From Candidatus Saccharimonadales bacterium (GTDB lineage: Bacteria > Patescibacteriota > Saccharimonadia > Saccharimonadales > UBA4665), in contig JBASZU010000087.1 in assembly GCA_049661165.1 (NCBI GenBank), positions 1 to 37,697 on the forward strand: a stretch of DNA of 37,697 nucleotides, read 5' to 3'. Within the stretch, counting starts at the first letter, position 1, and the number at the start of each line of letters is the position of its first letter. Below are positions 33,059 to 37,697 of this stretch, piece after piece. Position numbers and translations under genes: made by a program. A model generated the notes under the pieces. It had not been told where the DNA came from. It searched no databases and worked only from the letters and a program-made list of their open reading frames with translations.

Positions 33059-35056
33059 ATGTTCAATATATATCCCATTCCTCCTACATCACAAGAAGAC
33101 GAATGCGTACCGGCAGAGGAAGCGTCAATCCCGACCTCTGCCGCTTGGCTAGGCGAGCTTGCCATATTTGACGGAATTGCAGCCACGCTTAAAGAATGGA
33201 CATCGAAAGCCTCTCAATCCCAGCGCACTCCAGGAAACCCCTACGTTGTGGGATTCGTCAGGGACGGAGAAGGACTTATGAAGCCAATTTACGGACCTAA
33301 AACATTTACGACGGAGAGAGGTTTCGTAGAGGGCCAATTTATATTTGGAGCAGATCCGAGCCGAGAGGTATTTCTCCAGGAGCCAAAGAGTTTGAAGGTA
33401 GATGGTCAGAGACTAACAAAAGGGAAGTATTGGGATGTCCTACCAGAAGACCTGAAAAAAATATTTCTAGGAGGTAACATCCTGATTACAAGTGGCGAAG
33501 ATCTGTATCCTATCTCTTCGGAACGAGACGGTCTAGGAGTAAATATTATGCCAACGATGGAAGAAATTGACGAGGCGATCGTCCAACAACAGGGAACCAA
33601 AACAGTTATTCTGTACACAGGGGCATATAGGATGGGGCGAAAAAAAGGTGGTGCCGAAGGAAGAACAGGTGTACTTGTCCGTATAGTTGACGGCAATATC
33701 AAGCCGCTAACTGTTGAGGCGGACGGGGAACAATATGCTATTGAGCTGAAAGGGTGCGGTACTAGTGGGGGTGGTTTTGGCGCTTCACATTCTCGGACGG
33801 GTAGAGAGATTGTGACCGGTGGTTGTGAAGCCGTGCAAGCTGTGGATGAACTAATACAGCTTGATAGAAATAATACTCCTGGCGGCACAAAAGCTGTGGC
33901 CGCAATCACTTTCTATAACCCAGAAACAAAGATATTTGGCCAAAAAAGTCTGCAACCATACCACCAAGGATATGTTGTACGGCTGATACCCTCTACGCTT
34001 AGGGCGTCATATAGTGGTATAGATGCTTATCCGCCGCAGCTATATAGCAAAGAATACGCAAATGCAGTCTTGGCAATGTTCACGGCAGGCCTTGTAAATG
34101 GCATAAGGGCTGAGGTGCCAAGCATTTTGGATCGTTCAGCACATTCTGAAAATATAGTGTTGTGGGGTAATGGACAGTTTGAAACGACCGATTTCTCTGA
34201 CCAAGTGCCGTTCAATGACCCAAATTATCCTTACCAAGCCGAAAGTGGTGGCTTTATGACTGTGAAGAATATGCTTACACACTATGTAAATATGATGGAG
34301 GAAACCCCGGGATTCGTCGTTGCGGGTGGATATAAAGCCTTTGTTGCACATCTCAATCAAGGTCTAGAGATGATAGGAGTGGGACGCCTACAATACGATG
34401 CAGAAATTACTCGTTCGGTGATTGTAAACCATATTTGGCAAAATGGTCTTGCCAAGAGAGTTTTTGAGACTCGAAGTGCTCATGGTTACTACCCGGAAGG
34501 TGTCGAGAAGGCAGCGGCTGTAGCTTTTGAAGAATTGTGCAAAAAAGTGGATGCTGACGATGAAGCAAGTTTTTGCGCGGCGGTTGATGCCTACACGCGC
34601 AGTATTGCCGAATTTATGGATAAGCTATACCCAGTTGAAGGACCACACAAACAAGTTAATCACCTAAGGAATGACAGCTACGATGCTGCCGTGTTTCATA
34701 TCTCATTGCCCACACTTCATATAGCCGTCCAGAAATATGGGGAAATATTTAATAATGATATCAATGCAGGGTTGAGTATATATGAAGCGCTTCATGCCAT
34801 CATAGAGCCAGTCAGAAGGTATCTGGAAGACGAACTCGATATTGGGAAAACTGCTTTGGAATGGGGCAAAGACGAAAAGATTGCCGAGCACGTAATGGAA
34901 GTTGAACAAAAAATTGCAAAGTTTAACGCTATGCTAGAATCTCCGGCAGAGTTTTGGCGGTTCATGACTGAAAAAAGGGAGCTTAGGGATATGCTTGCCT
35001 CAAAAGCGTATAGTAACCAAGGGGTTGTCACGCCTCCTACTCTGGTTACTGTCTAA
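33059..35056 (+). CDS. Large orphan protein with SelO/YdiU-like (protein-kinase-fold) core motifs
   Basis: 665 aa. The central region reads AIELKGCGTSGGGFGASHSRTGREIV..CEAVQAVDEL...TKAVAAITF...VVRLIPSTLRASY...SAHSENIVLWGNGQFETTDFSDQVPF. This mirrors the SelO order hxLKGxGxTP.SR.GDGR...E...A...TTRAL...RVAPSxLRFG...AHGVMNTDN...LDYGPFGF. The N- and C-terminal thirds are unassigned. Confidence 0.7.
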   Translation: MFNIYPIPPTSQEDECVPAEEASIPTSAAWLGELAIFDGIAATLKEWTSKASQSQRTPGNPYVVGFVRDGEGLMKPIYGPKTFTTERGFVEGQFIFGADPSREVFLQEPKSLKVDGQRLTKGKYWDVLPEDLKKIFLGGNILITSGEDLYPISSERDGLGVNIMPTMEEIDEAIVQQQGTKTVILYTGAYRMGRKKGGAEGRTGVLVRIVDGNIKPLTVEADGEQYAIELKGCGTSGGGFGASHSRTGREIVTGGCEAVQAVDELIQLDRNNTPGGTKAVAAITFYNPETKIFGQKSLQPYHQGYVVRLIPSTLRASYSGIDAYPPQLYSKEYANAVLAMFTAGLVNGIRAEVPSILDRSAHSENIVLWGNGQFETTDFSDQVPFNDPNYPYQAESGGFMTVKNMLTHYVNMMEETPGFVVAGGYKAFVAHLNQGLEMIGVGRLQYDAEITRSVIVNHIWQNGLAKRVFETRSAHGYYPEGVEKAAAVAFEELCKKVDADDEASFCAAVDAYTRSIAEFMDKLYPVEGPHKQVNHLRNDSYDAAVFHISLPTLHIAVQKYGEIFNNDINAGLSIYEALHAIIEPVRRYLEDELDIGKTALEWGKDEKIAEHVMEVEQKIAKFNAMLESPAEFWRFMTEKRELRDMLASKAYSNQGVVTPPTLVTV

Positions 35057-35057
35057 G

Positions 35058-35131
35058 ATTGCCGCCGAGCAGCAAGCGCGCTTCCAGGCCATGATCGAAC
35101 GTCTCCTCAACCAAGACCCCCGCGTTGACTA
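35058..35131 (+). repeat. Direct repeat copy 2 (orphan rnj 3'-end fragment)
   Basis: It would encode IAAEQQARFQAMIERLLNQDPRVD followed by TAG. No ORF precedes it in frame, because the upstream gene ends at TAA 35054-35056 in another frame. Confidence 0.9.
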
Positions 35132-35143
35132 GCATAATCATTA

Positions 35144-35172
35144 TTGACAAATAGTCAATGATTTGCTAATAT
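35144..35172 (+). promoter_or_regulatory. Promoter for the gene at 35179
   Basis: TTGACA (35144-35149), 17-nt spacer, then TGcTAATAT (35164-35172). ATG 35179 is 6 nt downstream, so the mRNA would be leaderless. Confidence 0.55.
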
Positions 35173-35178
35173 GTGTTT

Positions 35179-35478
35179 ATGGCAAATAAAATGACTCCCG
35201 GTTCTAATATGCCGTTAGTCGAGGACTTTTGGGCTCCTGCCGATGATCGAATGATATGGCCACGTACACGAGAGGATATTGAGTTTGGCGATACAGCGGC
35301 TTTCGTAGAAGAACTTTATGCGGATCCGAATATTGTTGGTCGTGCTCGTCATGAACCTTCGCGACCCGTTGAAGATATCTCAAGCTTTCCTAAAGCCTAT
35401 ACGCCCGTATCTGTGACTCCGAGTGCCCTTGCAAAAGTTTCACGGTTGATTGGTGTACGACCTCCAACTGAAGAATAA
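35179..35478 (+). CDS. Small acidic hypothetical protein
   Basis: 99 aa from ATG 35179. No TM segment and no recognised motif. Confidence 0.5.
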   Translation: MANKMTPGSNMPLVEDFWAPADDRMIWPRTREDIEFGDTAAFVEELYADPNIVGRARHEPSRPVEDISSFPKAYTPVSVTPSALAKVSRLIGVRPPTEE

Positions 35479-35505
35479 AGATTACCTCAGTAAAAAAATA
35501 AAACA

Positions 35506-35534
35506 TTGACACAAGTTGTATTTCTTGCTATAAT
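35506..35534 (+). promoter_or_regulatory. Promoter for the gene at 35542
   Basis: TTGACA (35506-35511), 17-nt spacer, then TGcTATAAT (35526-35534). ATG 35542 is 7 nt downstream. Confidence 0.6.
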
Positions 35535-35541
35535 ATAATTT

Positions 35542-35829
35542 ATGACCGAAACACCAAAAGGTTCACAAATTCCAAGCATAAAAGGTGACCCAGAACGATA
35601 TCCAGGCGCACATACTGGAGCTCATGGTGACCCAGTGAAGCTGATTGATGTTGCAGAAAAAGTCGTTAGAGTGATTGAGGCAAATGTACCAAAGGCGGTA
35701 GATACTGTAGAGATGACAACCGAACGAGCGAGGAGAATCATACTTGCATTTCAGGACGGTAAAAATGTTGACACCGGTGTACTTGATGACGCGAGAAGAT
35801 ATATGCATAGACAGGTCTCAGACGAGTAG
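35542..35829 (+). CDS. Small hypothetical protein
   Basis: 95 aa, predicted soluble, with no recognised motif. Confidence 0.5.
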   Translation: MTETPKGSQIPSIKGDPERYPGAHTGAHGDPVKLIDVAEKVVRVIEANVPKAVDTVEMTTERARRIILAFQDGKNVDTGVLDDARRYMHRQVSDE

Positions 35830-35865
35830 ACGAAAACACCGAAAAATAGTATAATCAAAAGCGTT

Positions 35866-37697
35866 ATGGCGAAAAAGAAAAAGCAAGCAAAAAAGAAGGC
35901 AGCAGCTCCGGTTGAGCGAGAACCATCGCCCGTTGTAGGCTATGTGCTAGCGGTAGTTTTTATACTGGCGGCAATTTTTATATTTCTAGGTGGATTTCAC
36001 GCTGGTGGTACGCTGCCAAAAGGACTTTTTGGAGCCATGAGCTGGCTGTTTGGTTGGGGGGCATGGCTGGTGCCGATAAGCCTGCTCTACTGGGGCTACT
36101 ACAAATTTACAAACGATGACCACCGGGTACCACGCGGCCGCGTTTTTAGTATGTATATGTTTTTGGTACTTATGTCCGCCTGGTTCTTTACAGCGTTTGC
36201 GAGCGTTAAAGATGAGCCGGGTCTAGCTACGCAAACAGTGGGCGGTAACGGCGGTGAAGTGGGTGGTGCTGTGGGCGATGCTGTTCTTTCTGCTCTCGAC
36301 AAGGTTCCGGCGAGCCTGCTATTTTTTGCGTTTGGTCTGCTTACATTCTTTTTTGCTTTTGGCATATCGCCCAAAGTACTACTAAACCTAGGTAAGCTAT
36401 TCCATCGTGGTGAAAACGATGAGCCCGAAGGAGAACTGGCCGCACTGAAGGCCAAAGCGGCGCAGAGTGGTTTTCAGTTGAACGAAGGCGTGCCAGTTGT
36501 GAAGCATAGCGAAGGTTCGCTGGCGAAAGAACAGGTTCACCATTCCAACTTCCGTAATACTGCACAAAAATTGAGTGCAAACGAAAGTCATGAAGCCCTC
36601 ACTACGGCGAGCGATCCCGACTGGAAGCTGCCGGGTGTTGACCTGCTCGACCAACGTCAAGACAAGGCCGATGCGGGGAATGTGGAGGGTAACGCCCGCA
36701 TAATCAAGGAGACGTTTGCTAACTTCGCCATAGACGTGGAGATGGAGGGCGCAAACATTGGTCCGCGCGTGACACAGTACACGCTGCGGCCACCCACTGG
36801 CGTCAAACTTACGAAAATTACCGCGCTCGAAAACAACCTTGCACTTGACCTCGCGGCCACAACTATCCGTATGGAAGCACCCATACCCGGCAAAAGGGCT
36901 GTGGGTATAGAAGTACCGAATGTAAAGGGCGCAACGGTGCGGCTGAGTTCTATTTTCCAATCCCGCGAGTGGGCGGAGTCGGAGGGTGCGCTCACGTTTG
37001 CTATAGGGAAAGACATAGTGGGCCACAGCGTGGTTGCCGACCTAGCGCGTATGCCACACCTTCTTGTAGCTGGTCAGACAGGCTCTGGTAAATCTGTCAT
37101 GATAAACGACATCTTGACCAGCCTGCTATACCGCAACAGCCCAAGCGACCTCAAGCTCATTCTGGTAGACCCAAAACAGGTTGAGCTAACGCCGTACAAT
37201 GACCTTCCGCACCTCCTGACGCCCGTTATACACGAGCCGGAAAAGTGCATATCGGCGCTCAAATGGGCGGTGGCAGAAATGGAGCGTCGCCTGCGCACTA
37301 TGGCGGAAGTGAGCAAGCGCAACATAGAGGAGTATAACCTCATTAAGCCAGAAGAAAAAATGCCCTACGTTGTCATCGTTATAGACGAGCTAAGCGACCT
37401 CATGATGATGGCGGCGCGTGATGTTGAGGCGCTTATTGTCCGCGTGGCGCAGAAAGCACGGGCGGCTGGCATCCACCTTATACTTGCAACGCAGCGTCCG
37501 AGTGTGAATGTTATAACTGGGCTCATCAAAGCGAACGTGCCCGCTCGCATAGCATTTACGACTGTCAGCCAGGTAGACAGCCGAACTATCATAGACCAAA
37601 TGGGAGCAGAGAAGCTGCTCGGCCGGGGTGATATGCTGTACCAGACATCTGAAATGCCCGCACCAAAACGTGTTCAGGCCGCTTTTGTGAGCGACGG
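35866..37697 (+). CDS. ftsK: DNA translocase FtsK (3' end outside the window)
   Basis: It is not in the supplied ORF track because no stop falls inside the window. The frame is open from ATG 35866. N-terminal TM helices are followed by a linker and the motor domain, with Walker A GQTGSGKS (GSGKS codons begin at 37081), VVIVIDELSDLMM and ILATQRPSVNVITG. TATAAT at 35850-35855. Confidence 0.9.
   Translation, partial: MAKKKKQAKKKAAAPVEREPSPVVGYVLAVVFILAAIFIFLGGFHAGGTLPKGLFGAMSWLFGWGAWLVPISLLYWGYYKFTNDDHRVPRGRVFSMYMFLVLMSAWFFTAFASVKDEPGLATQTVGGNGGEVGGAVGDAVLSALDKVPASLLFFAFGLLTFFFAFGISPKVLLNLGKLFHRGENDEPEGELAALKAKAAQSGFQLNEGVPVVKHSEGSLAKEQVHHSNFRNTAQKLSANESHEALTTASDPDWKLPGVDLLDQRQDKADAGNVEGNARIIKETFANFAIDVEMEGANIGPRVTQYTLRPPTGVKLTKITALENNLALDLAATTIRMEAPIPGKRAVGIEVPNVKGATVRLSSIFQSREWAESEGALTFAIGKDIVGHSVVADLARMPHLLVAGQTGSGKSVMINDILTSLLYRNSPSDLKLILVDPKQVELTPYNDLPHLLTPVIHEPEKCISALKWAVAEMERRLRTMAEVSKRNIEEYNLIKPEEKMPYVVIVIDELSDLMMMAARDVEALIVRVAQKARAAGIHLILATQRPSVNVITGLIKANVPARIAFTTVSQVDSRTIIDQMGAEKLLGRGDMLYQTSEMPAPKRVQAAFVSD

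Noticed and set aside
1-37697. Looked for tRNA, rRNA, tmRNA, RNase P RNA, SRP RNA and CRISPR arrays.
   Set aside because: I saw no T-loop GGTTCGAATCC-type strings and no tagctcag-type D-arm strings. I found no GGAAAGTCCGG or ACAGAA..CCGGCTTA RNase P boxes. No regularly spaced 25-40-nt direct repeats are present. This was by eye only; covariance-model scans should confirm it, especially for 21168-21526 and 22709-23050.
1-37697. Alternative genetic code with UGA read as Gly or Trp, as in some candidate phyla.
   Set aside because: TGA terminates well-supported genes exactly at expected ends and at coupled junctions: ATGA at 2733-36 and 4641-44, and GTGA at 3002-05. Conserved proteins (pnp, rnj, truB, mutM) contain no in-frame TGA.

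Overview
This 37.7 kb window is about 50% GC and densely coded. It uses the standard genetic code, since TGA, TAA and TAG all end well-supported genes. Gene content suggests a reduced-genome, Gram-positive-type bacterium, possibly Patescibacteria/Saccharibacteria-like (inference only). The housekeeping backbone is: polA 3' end, mutM, a fused otsA-otsB, holA, rpsT, a DHH(NrnA)-like gene followed by truB-rpsO-pnp, a family-4 UDG, rnj and ftsK. The ftsK frame runs off the window and is missing from the supplied ORF track. Accessory content is: four type II TA pairs (two AbrB/PIN, two RelB-DinJ/RelE), a PadR-PspC pair, two tandem HAD genes, a 1,441-aa repeat-rich surface protein, a lipoprotein with HExxH, and several orphans. 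I recognised no rRNA, tRNA, CRISPR array, transposase or integrase. The main second-look items are: (1) A 74-nt direct repeat of the rnj 3' end brackets a single inserted gene for a 665-aa protein with SelO/kinase-like motifs. (2) A translationally coupled RelB-RelE-[PD-(D/E)xK-like]-[small TM protein] operon. (3) Two inverted copies of a ~165-nt MITE-like palindromic element, each with apparent target-site duplications, flank mutM plus the HExxH lipoprotein. (4) A second short palindromic repeat family sits in frame inside mutM and again in the rpsO-pnp leader. (5) The giant surface-protein ORF has an internal sortase-like sorting signal followed in frame by a second signal peptide. (6) Across the window, promoters follow TTGACA-17-TGnTAnnnT and sit 6-9 nt before the ATG, implying leaderless mRNAs for operon-first genes. 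(7) A ~1 kb decayed region holds a frameshifted ORF. All family assignments come from motif recognition by eye; no searches were run.
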